Positions 19,022 to 28,392 of a stretch of 54,252 nucleotides of DNA are shown piece after piece; position 1 is the stretch's first letter, and every line of letters begins with the position of its first letter. The notes under the pieces were generated by a model, which did no database searches, was not told the DNA's origin, and was given only the letters and a program-made list of their open reading frames with translations. The position numbers and the translations under genes were made by a program. The stretch lies in sequence record DRR378314_1602; one strand, 5' to 3'.

Positions 19022-19537
19022 TTACCTGTTACCTGTCTTCCTAGGTTGAGGGGTTGAAGCAAAGCCACCACCGCTTCTTGAGCGAAAAACGGTTGCCGCG
19101 TTTTGCTGCAACTGCACAAGCGTTGCATTGAAGGCTTGAAGGTTCTTCTGACTTAACCCTGCAAACAGCTCGCCTCGGGCTGAGGCAACCGCTGCATCAC
19201 ATTCATCAACCAGCCGCGCACCGGCTTTGGTCAGAACCACCTGAATAGAACGGCGGTCATTCGGTAAACTGGTCTTTTCCACCAGCTCCCGTGCGACCAA
19301 TTTGTCAACCAAGCGGCTGGTGACAGTTCGTTCTATCACCGCCATTTCTGAAAGGTCGTTGATCGTCAGGGTGTTCAACTGTCGCAGGCACTGTAGAATC
19401 CGCCACTCCGTCAACTTCAACCCGAATGGACGCACGACAAGGTTCATCATTTCTCGGATTTTTTGGTTCAGCACAGCAAGGTGATACTCTGGCGGGTCCC
19501 GATCTTCGATACTGTCTTTGACACCGCTTTCATTCAT
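19022..19537 (-). CDS. MarR family transcriptional regulator
   Basis: GLKLTEWRIL, ERTVTSRLVDKL, NDRRS..LTKAG. Confidence 0.85.
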   Translation of the reverse strand: MNESGVKDSIEDRDPPEYHLAVLNQKIREMMNLVVRPFGLKLTEWRILQCLRQLNTLTINDLSEMAVIERTVTSRLVDKLVARELVEKTSLPNDRRSIQVVLTKAGARLVDECDAAVASARGELFAGLSQKNLQAFNATLVQLQQNAATVFRSRSGGGFASTPQPRKTGNR

Positions 19538-19628
19538 GTCCGTATCATCTTTTTCAGCTTCAGTTTCCTCCTTGGTACCACAACTGAGCTTTTTTTCTAG
19601 ATATGTTCGAAAAATGTGCTAAACCATA

Positions 19629-19644
19629 ATTTCAAGCTTAAAGG
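19629..19644. promoter_or_regulatory. Candidate MarR operator directly upstream of abmA
   Basis: ATTTCAAGCTTAAAGG closely matches the 11504 palindrome and lies 19 nt before the ATG. Confidence 0.55.
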
Positions 19645-19662
19645 AAATGATGAGGCGTGCTC

Positions 19663-22014
19663 ATGAAGATCTCGATTATCGGCGGCGGTCCCGGTGGCTT
19701 GTACACAGCGTTATTGACCAAAAAGGCACGACCGGACTGGACCGTAGAAGTGTTCGAGCGCAATCAGGCCGATGACACATTTGGCTTTGGCGTCGTTTTC
19801 TCGGACGAAACGCTGGATGAGTTTCTAAGCCGCGATAAGCAGGTATTTGAACGCATCCGGGGTGAGTTCGCCTATTGGGATGATGTCGCAGTTCACTTCA
19901 AAGGGCATGAGATGCGCTGTGCCGGGAACGGTTTTTGCGGAACCTCACGCCACACCCTGTTGCGCATTTTGCAAGAGCGCTGCGTTGAACTTGGCGTCGA
20001 AATGACGTTCGGAGCCGAGATTGATGCGGCAAATTTGAAATCCCAGTTTGCCGATTCCGACGTGATCATTGCCGGCGATGGCGTCAATTCCGCGATCCGC
20101 GAGCAGTATAAAGAGGCGTTCCAGCCTTCGGTTGTCTGGAAATCCAACAAGTTCTGCTGGATGGGTTCAACCCGACCTATGGGAGAATTCAACTACTTCT
20201 TCCGCGAAACCGAACATGGGCACGTGGTTGCCCATTGCTACCAATATGAAAAAGACCACTCGACTTGGGTGTTCGAGATGGACGAAGCCACATGGGCCGG
20301 GCACGGATTTGAAGATTTTGATGAAGAAGGATCAAAGCGTAAGCTCGAACAAATATTCGCTGAGGAGCTGCAAGGGCATCCTTTGATGCTGAACAGGTCG
20401 AACTGGCGCAACTTCCCCCGCGTATTTTGTGAGAACTGGTACACGGACAACATCGTTATTTTGGGCGACGCCAAGGCCAGTGCGCATTTTTCCATCGGGT
20501 CGGGAACAAAGTTGGCGATGGAATGTGCCATATCCCTGTCTGACGCCCTGTTGGAGCATGCCGAAACGGATGTCGAGGCAGCGTTCAAGGCCTATGATGA
20601 TGCGCGCCGGACACCCTGCCAGATCACGCAACACAATGCCGATGTCTCGCTGGCCTGGTTCGAACATATGGACCGGTCCTGGGACATGGAACCCTATCAG
20701 TTCGCTATGGTGGTTATGTGCCGGGCAAAGTCGATTACCTATGACAACCTGATTATCCGCGACCCCGAGTTTGTGCGCAAAGCGGATGATGAATGGTATG
20801 CGCGTCACCTGCGCGAAACGGGCGAGGATTTGACGAAGACACGTCCGACACCGATGTTCTCGCAATTCAAACTGCGGGATATGTTCCTCGGAAACCGGGT
20901 TGTGATGTCGCCAATGGCGCAATATTCTGCCAAGCCGAATGGCGATCTGACCGATTGGCACAAGGTTCACTACGGTGGCCATGCGACTGGCGGAATGGGC
21001 CTGATCTATACGGAAATGACTTGCCCATCCCCCGACGCCCGGATCACGCTGGGATGCCCGGGCCTGTGGACTGATCAGCATGAAAGCGATTGGAAGGAAA
21101 TCGTCGCATTCATTCATGAACACTCGGACGCCAAGATTGCATTGCAGCTTGGCCACGCAGGGCGGAAGGGTTCAACTCAATTGGGGTGGGAGAAGATGGA
21201 TTACCCCATCGCCGATGAAGGGTCCAACTGGCCTTTGGTTTCGGCCTCGCCCCTGCCATGGGTTGATGGGGAAAATCAGGTCCCGGTCGAGTTGGACCGC
21301 ACCGGAATGGACCGGATCAAGGCCGAGTTCGTGCAGGCGACGGAACGGGCCGCGCGGGCCGGGTTCGACATGATCGAACTTCACTGCGCCCATGGCTATC
21401 TGCTGGCGTCCTTCCTTTCGCCGCTGACCAATATCCGCACTGATGACTATGGAGGCAGCCTGGAAAATCGCATGCGATATCCGCTTGAGGTGTTCGAAGC
21501 AATGCGCGCCGCATGGCCCGCAGAACGGCCGATGGCCATCCGTGTTTCGGGCACCGACTGGAAAGAAGGCGGTCTGTCAGAGGATGATCTGCTGCACATC
21601 GCCGAAGTCTTCAGCGCAGCAGGATGCGATCTGATCGATGTGTCGGCTGGCCAGACTGTCTCTGATCAGGAACCAGTTTATGGCCGCATGTTCCAGACAC
21701 ATCTGGCCGAAGCGGTGCGCAACGTACCCAAGATCGCCTCGATGGCAGTTGGCGCCATCACCGAAGCGGCGCAGGTCAACACCATCCTGCATACACGCCG
21801 TGCTGATCTGGTGGCAGTTGGGCGTCCGCATATGTGGAATCCATATTTCACGCACCAAGCTGCCGCGTGGTATGGTGCTGTGAACCGCCGCGCCTGGGCC
21901 AAACAATACGAGGCCGGTGCGATGCAGGTATTCCGCGAAGCCGAGAAATCCCGCGAGCGCCTTCAAGATTTGCAGCGCAAGGCTGCGCCCGGCAGACATA
22001 TTGCCTCAGAGTGA
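19663..22014 (+). CDS. abmA: Bifunctional 2-aminobenzoyl-CoA/salicylyl-CoA monooxygenase-reductase (FAD monooxygenase plus Old Yellow Enzyme domain)
   Basis: N-terminal GGGPGG, DDTFGFGVVFSD, AHFSIGSGTKLA. C-terminal OYE motifs NRVVMSPMAQYSA, QLGHAGRK, ELHCAHGYLL, NIRTDDYGGSLENR. Confidence 0.85.
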   Translation: MKISIIGGGPGGLYTALLTKKARPDWTVEVFERNQADDTFGFGVVFSDETLDEFLSRDKQVFERIRGEFAYWDDVAVHFKGHEMRCAGNGFCGTSRHTLLRILQERCVELGVEMTFGAEIDAANLKSQFADSDVIIAGDGVNSAIREQYKEAFQPSVVWKSNKFCWMGSTRPMGEFNYFFRETEHGHVVAHCYQYEKDHSTWVFEMDEATWAGHGFEDFDEEGSKRKLEQIFAEELQGHPLMLNRSNWRNFPRVFCENWYTDNIVILGDAKASAHFSIGSGTKLAMECAISLSDALLEHAETDVEAAFKAYDDARRTPCQITQHNADVSLAWFEHMDRSWDMEPYQFAMVVMCRAKSITYDNLIIRDPEFVRKADDEWYARHLRETGEDLTKTRPTPMFSQFKLRDMFLGNRVVMSPMAQYSAKPNGDLTDWHKVHYGGHATGGMGLIYTEMTCPSPDARITLGCPGLWTDQHESDWKEIVAFIHEHSDAKIALQLGHAGRKGSTQLGWEKMDYPIADEGSNWPLVSASPLPWVDGENQVPVELDRTGMDRIKAEFVQATERAARAGFDMIELHCAHGYLLASFLSPLTNIRTDDYGGSLENRMRYPLEVFEAMRAAWPAERPMAIRVSGTDWKEGGLSEDDLLHIAEVFSAAGCDLIDVSAGQTVSDQEPVYGRMFQTHLAEAVRNVPKIASMAVGAITEAAQVNTILHTRRADLVAVGRPHMWNPYFTHQAAAWYGAVNRRAWAKQYEAGAMQVFREAEKSRERLQDLQRKAAPGRHIASE

Positions 22015-22038
22015 ACGGATGGCGGAAAGGGACGTCCA

Positions 22039-23604
22039 ATGACCGTTGAAAACAATCAGACTCTGGGCGACTGGCTAGCCGCACAAGCCAGCCTGCGCCC
22101 GGATGCCACCGCGCTTGTCGATATGGACGGCGCAATGAACTATGACGAACTGGCGTCGGCGGTATCGGCACTTGGGTCAGGATTGGCCGGGCTGGATATC
22201 GGCAAAGGTGACGTGGTAGCGGTGCAACTGCCCAATATACGCGCCTTTGTTATCGCGTTTCTCGCCATCGCCGCCCGTGGCGCGATTGTTCAGACGTTGC
22301 ACATGCCCTACCGCAGCAAAGAACTGGGTGAATTGTTGAAAGACTCGGCGGCCAAGGCGGTTATTGCCACAAACGCCGCGAAGGACAGCCGTACTGCAGA
22401 CATTTTGTCCGTTCGCGATCAGTTACCCGCGCTAAACCATGTCATTGTCGCAGGGCCCGTGCCGGATGGCTGTTCCAGCCTGTCAGATCTGATGCAGACG
22501 CAGGTATCTGCAGCCGATGCTGTGACAGTGGCAACCGATGACCGTTATCTGCTGCTATATACTTCGGGAACAACAGCAGCGCCCAAGGGCGTGCCCCATA
22601 TCTACCGCAGTTTTCTCAACAACGCGCGGTCGTCCTCTCATGAACTTGGTGTCGGGCAGGATGATCGCATTCTTTCGTTGGCCCCGATGAGCCACCTTTA
22701 TGGATTGTTCACGGTGCATTTGGCACTGGCAAGCGGTGCAGCAATAATCCTGTTACCTTCGTTCGATCCAAAAACCGTGCTGGAGGACCTGCAAAACACA
22801 AAGCCCAGCCATGTTTTTGCGGCACCGGCCCATTTCGCCCCGTTTGAGGCGCAAGGAGTGCTGCACCCAGACCACTTAACCTCGGTCCGGTTGCTGTGCC
22901 TGTCGGGCGCGACCGTGCCCCGAGCGCTAGCCAGCGCCATTGACTCTCGCATGCCTGAGGGAAAGGTCATCCAGCTGTGGGGGATGAGCGAGCTTCAGGC
23001 CGGTACGTTCGGACGCCTGACAGACCCGGAAGACAAACGGTTCTCAACGGCTGGAAAGGCGGTTCCAAACACCGAATTGCGGGTTGTCGACGATGCGGGA
23101 ACACCGCTTTCTGCCGGTGAAGAAGGTGCATTGCAGGTGCGCGGACCATCGGTCTTTGGCGGTTATCTAAACCGTCCCGAGGAAACCGAAAGGGCATTTG
23201 ATGCCGATGGGTGGTTTTCAACCGGTGATCTGGCGATTATCGACGACGACGGCTTCATGTCGATTACGGGTCGTACCAAGGAAATTATCAATCGCGGGGG
23301 GGTCAAATTCAATCCTGTGGAGATGGAAGAGATCCTCTTGAACGACCCATCCATCCAGCAATGCGCCATCATTCCCATCCCTGATCCGATCTTGGGTGAA
23401 AAAGGATGTCTTTGTGTGCAGCTTGCCCCGGGGGGTGAACTTGCACTGGAGAGCGTAATCGCCCGGCTGGAGAGGGCCGGTGTTGCAAAATACAAATGGC
23501 CGGAAGATCTGTTGATCCTCAACGAACTTCCTGCGACGCCCACCCGCAAAATCATGCGAGGTGCTTTGATAGAAATCGTACAAAATCAAAAGGAAAAGTC
23601 ATGA
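22039..23604 (+). CDS. AMP-binding CoA ligase (cyclohexanecarboxylate/aryl-CoA ligase-like)
   Basis: YTSGTTAAPKG, WGMSE, GWFSTGD, GRTKEIINRGG, KYKWPE. Confidence 0.85.
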   Translation: MTVENNQTLGDWLAAQASLRPDATALVDMDGAMNYDELASAVSALGSGLAGLDIGKGDVVAVQLPNIRAFVIAFLAIAARGAIVQTLHMPYRSKELGELLKDSAAKAVIATNAAKDSRTADILSVRDQLPALNHVIVAGPVPDGCSSLSDLMQTQVSAADAVTVATDDRYLLLYTSGTTAAPKGVPHIYRSFLNNARSSSHELGVGQDDRILSLAPMSHLYGLFTVHLALASGAAIILLPSFDPKTVLEDLQNTKPSHVFAAPAHFAPFEAQGVLHPDHLTSVRLLCLSGATVPRALASAIDSRMPEGKVIQLWGMSELQAGTFGRLTDPEDKRFSTAGKAVPNTELRVVDDAGTPLSAGEEGALQVRGPSVFGGYLNRPEETERAFDADGWFSTGDLAIIDDDGFMSITGRTKEIINRGGVKFNPVEMEEILLNDPSIQQCAIIPIPDPILGEKGCLCVQLAPGGELALESVIARLERAGVAKYKWPEDLLILNELPATPTRKIMRGALIEIVQNQKEKS

Positions 23605-24161
23605 GTGCTGAACTCTATATAGCAGAAAATGCACCTGAAGGGGCCCGGCCTTTGCTGGAGGCTGTTCAAAAGAAGATGGGTGGTTTCCTGCCCAACTTGT
23701 ATCGTCAGATGGCTGGTGTGCCGGGCGTTCTGGATACCTATCTGATGTTGTCAGACCGATTTGGCGGGACCAGCTTTACGCCTGCAGAACAACAGTTGGT
23801 TCTGCTGACGGCCAGTGTGCGAAACGGATGTGTCTACTGCGTCGCCGCACATTCCTCGGGCGCGCGTATGGCGAAACTGGACAAGGGTGCAATTAATGCC
23901 ATCCGTGACGGGGCTGCCATCGAAGACGCCCGACTGCAGGCGCTGCGCAGCTTTACCGAAGCCGCCATTGCATCGCGCGGCAAGGTTGAAGAGGCGGCGC
24001 TGAGCGAGTTCACAAGCCATGGGTTCACACGGGACCAAGCGGCAGAGGTTTTAATCGGCATTTCGATGAAAGCGCTGTCAAACACCTATGCACGCATGTT
24101 CGACACGCCACTGGACGAGCTGCTGCAGGCCATGGCCTGGGAAGGAAATGACCGAGTTTAA
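23601..24161 (+). CDS. Carboxymuconolactone decarboxylase/AhpD family protein
   Basis: GFLPNLY, NGCVYCVAAH (CxxC..H); the ATG overlaps the ligase stop. Confidence 0.85.
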   Translation: MSAELYIAENAPEGARPLLEAVQKKMGGFLPNLYRQMAGVPGVLDTYLMLSDRFGGTSFTPAEQQLVLLTASVRNGCVYCVAAHSSGARMAKLDKGAINAIRDGAAIEDARLQALRSFTEAAIASRGKVEEAALSEFTSHGFTRDQAAEVLIGISMKALSNTYARMFDTPLDELLQAMAWEGNDRV

Positions 24162-24173
24162 GAAAACTTTGCT

Positions 24174-24217
24174 GCGACCCTCGCTAGTCGAACAACTATT
24201 TGTTCTGCGAGGGCCGC
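24174..24217. terminator. Hairpin between convergent operons (probable bidirectional terminator)
   Basis: GCGACCCTCGC...GAACAA/TTGTTC...GCGAGGGCCGC inverted repeat followed by GGTTTT. Confidence 0.6.
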
Positions 24218-24249
24218 GGTTTTACCGGTAGCGCCTTGGCTCAGAAGCC

Positions 24250-24852
24250 TCAGGTGTTGTCGGGGCGCACTGTCTGATCGTGGTCCAGCTCTTCCATATC
24301 CTGGTAGCGGTCTCCGATGCGATGATGCGGCCGCCCGCCATTGGCGACACCGATGGCGATCAGAATCTCATCCGGGCCGGGGGCATCGGGGATGTTGAAT
24401 TCCACCGTCATGAAATGAGACCGCGCCCCACCCTTGGAAATATGGCGCAGCGGGAAGGTAATTGAATTGCCCGGCCCACCGCGTTTGTTGGTAAAGGGGA
24501 TAAACTCACTGCTTTGCACTGCATCACGCAGAAAATTACCGTATCGCAGCGTGTGGATGAGCGCCGAACCGTGCTCGATCTCGCCATTCACGCCAACGAT
24601 AGCGGTTTTACCAAAGGCCTCGACATTCTCGCCTCCACCGATCAGCGGCATTAGGCGCTCCACCATCTCTTTGCCCAGTACGGGGGCAAAGGCGTGGATT
24701 TCGGGGCGCAGATCCTCGACAAAGCGGCCTGCCCAAGGATTACGAAGCACAGCGGCTACGGCCGCCATGCGCAGGGGGGGGTCTGCAGGCTTGTGGCCTT
24801 CGATCAGGACATCTTCAACAAAGGCAACATATTTTCGGACTTCGGGGGTCAT
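24250..24852 (-). CDS. 'Amino acid synthesis' family protein (DUF1185/AA_synth)
   Basis: AVAAVLRNPWAGRFVEDL, FGKTAIVGVNGEIEHG, DAPGPDEI, GRPHHRIG; start MTPEVRK. Confidence 0.8.
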   Translation of the reverse strand: MTPEVRKYVAFVEDVLIEGHKPADPPLRMAAVAAVLRNPWAGRFVEDLRPEIHAFAPVLGKEMVERLMPLIGGGENVEAFGKTAIVGVNGEIEHGSALIHTLRYGNFLRDAVQSSEFIPFTNKRGGPGNSITFPLRHISKGGARSHFMTVEFNIPDAPGPDEILIAIGVANGGRPHHRIGDRYQDMEELDHDQTVRPDNT

Positions 24853-24868
24853 AGTGTGGTCTTTCAAG

Positions 24869-25660
24869 TTAGCGGTCGATGTATTTTGCAAGGAAGGGTT
24901 CGATCAGCCCGCCGATCTGGTCAGGGGCTTCCAACAGGACAGAATGTTTCAGTCGCGGCAGGATATGCAGTTCGGACCCGGTAATCCGGTCATGGATGAA
25001 CCGCGACATGCGCGGGTTTGACCCGATATCATTCTCTCCGGTCATGATTTGGGTGGGCACAGTGATGCGATGCAATTGATCACCCAGATCACTGCCCGCC
25101 AGCACGCGGTAGGCCGCGACGTAGCAATCGGGATCGTTGAGCATGGATTTGCGGCGGCGTGCCTCCAGCACCTCGGGATGAGCGGCGACAAATTCAGGCG
25201 TGAACCAGCGGTCCACGGCATTGGACAGATGGGTCAGCGCGCCCTCTTGCGCCAATGTCTCGGCGCGGGCATCCGCGCGCGTCTGCTCTTCCGCTGTCCG
25301 CCCGGCGACGGTCGAAACCAGTGTCAGGCTGGCCACCCGGTCGGAGTGGTTCAGTGCAATCGACTGCGCCACCAACCCGCCCAGCGAGAAGCCCACGATC
25401 GAGGCACGAGCCAGCCCAAGGTGATCCAGCAACGCCACGGCATCACCCGAGAGATCGTCCAGCGAATAAGGCCCCGGCGTGCGCCGTGACAGCCCATGCC
25501 CACGTTGGTCATAGCGGATATAGCGGCGGTCCGGCGACATGTGCGTCAGCACACCGTCCCAGCTTTCAAGATCTGCCCCAACGCCATGGATCAGCAACAC
25601 CGGCGCGCCGCTGCCTTCATCGCTGACATTTAGCGCGACATCGGTATTCCGTTCAAACAT
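24869..25660 (-). CDS. Alpha/beta hydrolase (PcaD/TgnD-like)
   Basis: LIHGVG, DQRGHG, GFSLGG nucleophile elbow, LKHS catalytic His. Confidence 0.85.
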   Translation of the reverse strand: MFERNTDVALNVSDEGSGAPVLLIHGVGADLESWDGVLTHMSPDRRYIRYDQRGHGLSRRTPGPYSLDDLSGDAVALLDHLGLARASIVGFSLGGLVAQSIALNHSDRVASLTLVSTVAGRTAEEQTRADARAETLAQEGALTHLSNAVDRWFTPEFVAAHPEVLEARRRKSMLNDPDCYVAAYRVLAGSDLGDQLHRITVPTQIMTGENDIGSNPRMSRFIHDRITGSELHILPRLKHSVLLEAPDQIGGLIEPFLAKYIDR

Positions 25661-26726
25661 CGGCTAGGATCCGAGCGTCACTTGAACGAAAACCAAGTGT
25701 TGCCTGTGCCCCCATTTCCAGCGCCGTCGCCTCGGCCTGTGCGGCCTGTTCCAGCGCGGTCACTTCGGTGCCGTCCTCAAGCGCGATGATCGCCTTGCGC
25801 GACTGGCCCAGATAGATCAGCTCTTTGACCGTGCCCGTTAGGCTGTTATCATCCCCTGAGGCGTCGCCGCCCAGAACGTGCAGCCGCTCGGGCCGGATGG
25901 CAAGCACAGCGCGACTGCCTTCGGCCAACTGGGTGCTGAGTTGCCCATCAAGGCCTCGTACCTTTGCCACGCTGCCATTGACCGCCTCGACCGTGCCCGA
26001 GACAAAATTGGTCTCTCCGATGAAATCGGCAACGAATTTGGTTTGCGGAGCCTCGTACAGATCGCGCGGTGTACCGATCTGTTCGATCCGGCCCGCATTG
26101 AAAACGGCGATCCGGTCAGACATGACAAGCGCTTCTTCTTGATCGTGGGTGACGTAAAGGACAGTTGCGCCAAGGTTCTTGTGCAGGTGCATGATTTCCA
26201 GCTGCATATGTTCGCGCAGCTTCTTGTCGAGCGCGCCCAGCGGTTCATCCATCAACAACAGGCGTGGCTTGAACACCATGGCGCGGGCCAGTGCCACACG
26301 CTGTTGCTGCCCGCCCGACAGCTCTTTCGGCAGGCGGGTACCAAATCCGGCCAGGCCGACCATTTCCATCGCCTCTTCAACCTTCTTGCGGCGATCTTCT
26401 TTGGCCACACCGCGCATTTCCAATGGGAAGGCTACATTCTGCGCAACCGACATATGTGGAAACAGGGCGTAATGCTGAAAGACCATACCGATATCGCGCT
26501 TCCAGACCGGGATCGGATCAAGCGGCTTACCTTCCAGCTGGATGTTGCCCTGTGTCGGCGCAGTAAAGCCTGCCACCATCATCAGAGTCGTGGTCTTGCC
26601 TGACCCGGAAGGGCCAAGGAAAGTGACAAACTCACCGGGTTCTACGTCAAGGTTGATGTCGCGTGCGGCATTAACCGGGCCATAGGCCTTGCCGATGTCG
26701 CTGAGTTGCAGGATCGGGTCAGTCAT
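25653..26726 (-). CDS. ABC ATP-binding protein (PotA-like)
   Basis: GPSGSGKTT, FQHYALFPHM, LSGGQQQR, DEPLGALD, TOBE-like C-terminus. Confidence 0.9.
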   Translation of the reverse strand: MTDPILQLSDIGKAYGPVNAARDINLDVEPGEFVTFLGPSGSGKTTTLMMVAGFTAPTQGNIQLEGKPLDPIPVWKRDIGMVFQHYALFPHMSVAQNVAFPLEMRGVAKEDRRKKVEEAMEMVGLAGFGTRLPKELSGGQQQRVALARAMVFKPRLLLMDEPLGALDKKLREHMQLEIMHLHKNLGATVLYVTHDQEEALVMSDRIAVFNAGRIEQIGTPRDLYEAPQTKFVADFIGETNFVSGTVEAVNGSVAKVRGLDGQLSTQLAEGSRAVLAIRPERLHVLGGDASGDDNSLTGTVKELIYLGQSRKAIIALEDGTEVTALEQAAQAEATALEMGAQATLGFRSSDARILADV

Positions 26727-26737
26727 TGGTCAAATCC

Positions 26738-27541
26738 TCAAAGTCCAGGTGCCTGGCCCGAGCGGCGGCGTGCGATGCCATCCATCAATAGGGCGAGGAG
26801 CGAAAACATAAACAACACGGTGGCGATGGCAGCGATGGTCGGGTCCGTGTCACCCTTGATATTCGACCACATCTGCACAGTGACGGGCCGCACGCGCGGC
26901 GTCGACAGGAAGAGCGAGACGATCAACTCGTCAAACGAGATCACCATGGCAAAGAGCATGCCCGACATGACCGAAGGCGAGATCAGCGGTAGTGTCACCC
27001 GCCGGAATGTCATCCAGGGCGTGGCCCCGCAATTCATCGCTGCATCCTCTAGCCGCCGGTCAAAGACGGCAAGGTTGGCGCTGACGGTGGACAGGACGAA
27101 GGGCAGCGTCAGGATGACATGGGCGATGATCAACCCGTGCAGCGTGCCGTAAAGCCCCCATATGCGGAAAACACCGAAAATGGCAGCGGCTGTGATGATC
27201 ACCGGAATGATAAGGGGTGCCATCAGCACGCCCCGGATCACCAAAGCCCAGCGTGAGGTCATCCGGTTCAGCGCTAATGCGGCAGCAGTGCCACAGATCG
27301 TGGCGATGAACGCAGCGGGCACCAGTATCTTGAGTGACGTCCAGAGGGCGCGCGTCCAAGTCGGGTTGCTGAACATCTTCTCATACCACTGCAGCGAAAA
27401 GCCGGGTGGTGGAAAGGTCAGGTATAGCGCCGAACTGAACGAGATCACCAGCGTCACCACCAGTGGGGCAAGCATGTATATGACCAGCAGCACATTGATA
27501 ACGCCGCGCAGACCGCCCCAGAAACGCTCGGATTGGAACAT
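26738..27541 (-). CDS. ABC permease (PotC-like)
   Basis: FPPPGFSLQWY, EAA loop LEDAAMNCGA, ISFDE. Confidence 0.9.
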   Translation of the reverse strand: MFQSERFWGGLRGVINVLLVIYMLAPLVVTLVISFSSALYLTFPPPGFSLQWYEKMFSNPTWTRALWTSLKILVPAAFIATICGTAAALALNRMTSRWALVIRGVLMAPLIIPVIITAAAIFGVFRIWGLYGTLHGLIIAHVILTLPFVLSTVSANLAVFDRRLEDAAMNCGATPWMTFRRVTLPLISPSVMSGMLFAMVISFDELIVSLFLSTPRVRPVTVQMWSNIKGDTDPTIAAIATVLFMFSLLALLMDGIARRRSGQAPGL

Positions 27542-28365
27542 CAGATACCCCTCCCGCGGATTTTGATGAGTGCGTTTACCAGCACAAAGAGCAGCCCCGT
27601 GCCCACCAGCAGCACAATTGCCAGTGCAGAGGCCAGCGGCCAGTCGCCAAATTCGTCGATCCGCTCGAAGATCAGCTGTGCGATCATGATATCGCCACGT
27701 CCGCCCAACAGGGCTGGCGTGATGAAGTAGCCAAGCGAGATGATAAACACCAGCATCGCCCCTGTGGCCAGCCCCGGCAGGCAGAGCGGCAGGTAGACGC
27801 GAAAGAAGGCCCGGATAGGTGTGGCCCCTAGATTGGTGGCGGCACTGAAATAGCTGCCGTCAATCCGCGTTATCACCGAAAAGAGCGGGAAGACCATGAA
27901 GGGCAACAGCACCTGCACCATGCCGAGCAATACACCGAACCGGTTATAAACCAGATCCAGCGGCTCGGCGATCAGGCCGATGCCTGCCAAGAAATCATTG
28001 AGGATGCCGCCACGTTGCAGGATCACCAGCCAGGCAAAACTACGCACAAGTATGGAGGTCCAGAACGGAATCAGAACCGAAAAGATCAGAACTTTGCGAA
28101 TCCAGGGGCTGGAATGGGCCATGGAATAGGCCACTGGAAAGCCGATCAGTGCGCAAAGGAGCGTAGTCACCCCGGCAATGGCCACGGTGTTCCACAACAC
28201 GCCCAGATAGATCGTCTTTGAAAAAATAGTGATGTAATTCTGTAAACCCCAGACGGGTTCAGAGACGCTGCGTTGCAACAGCCAGCTGACTGGGAACAGG
28301 AAACATATCCCGATCAGCAGTACCGCCGGTGCCAGCAGCCAGATGTTGCGGTTCTTCAGAAACAT
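27541..28365 (-). CDS. ABC permease (PotB-like)
   Basis: IPFWTSILVRSFAW, AATNLGA, FITPALLGG. Confidence 0.9.
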   Translation of the reverse strand: MFLKNRNIWLLAPAVLLIGICFLFPVSWLLQRSVSEPVWGLQNYITIFSKTIYLGVLWNTVAIAGVTTLLCALIGFPVAYSMAHSSPWIRKVLIFSVLIPFWTSILVRSFAWLVILQRGGILNDFLAGIGLIAEPLDLVYNRFGVLLGMVQVLLPFMVFPLFSVITRIDGSYFSAATNLGATPIRAFFRVYLPLCLPGLATGAMLVFIISLGYFITPALLGGRGDIMIAQLIFERIDEFGDWPLASALAIVLLVGTGLLFVLVNALIKIRGRGI

Positions 28366-28392
28366 GGCGCAGCGCCTCCAGATCTTTTGCGT

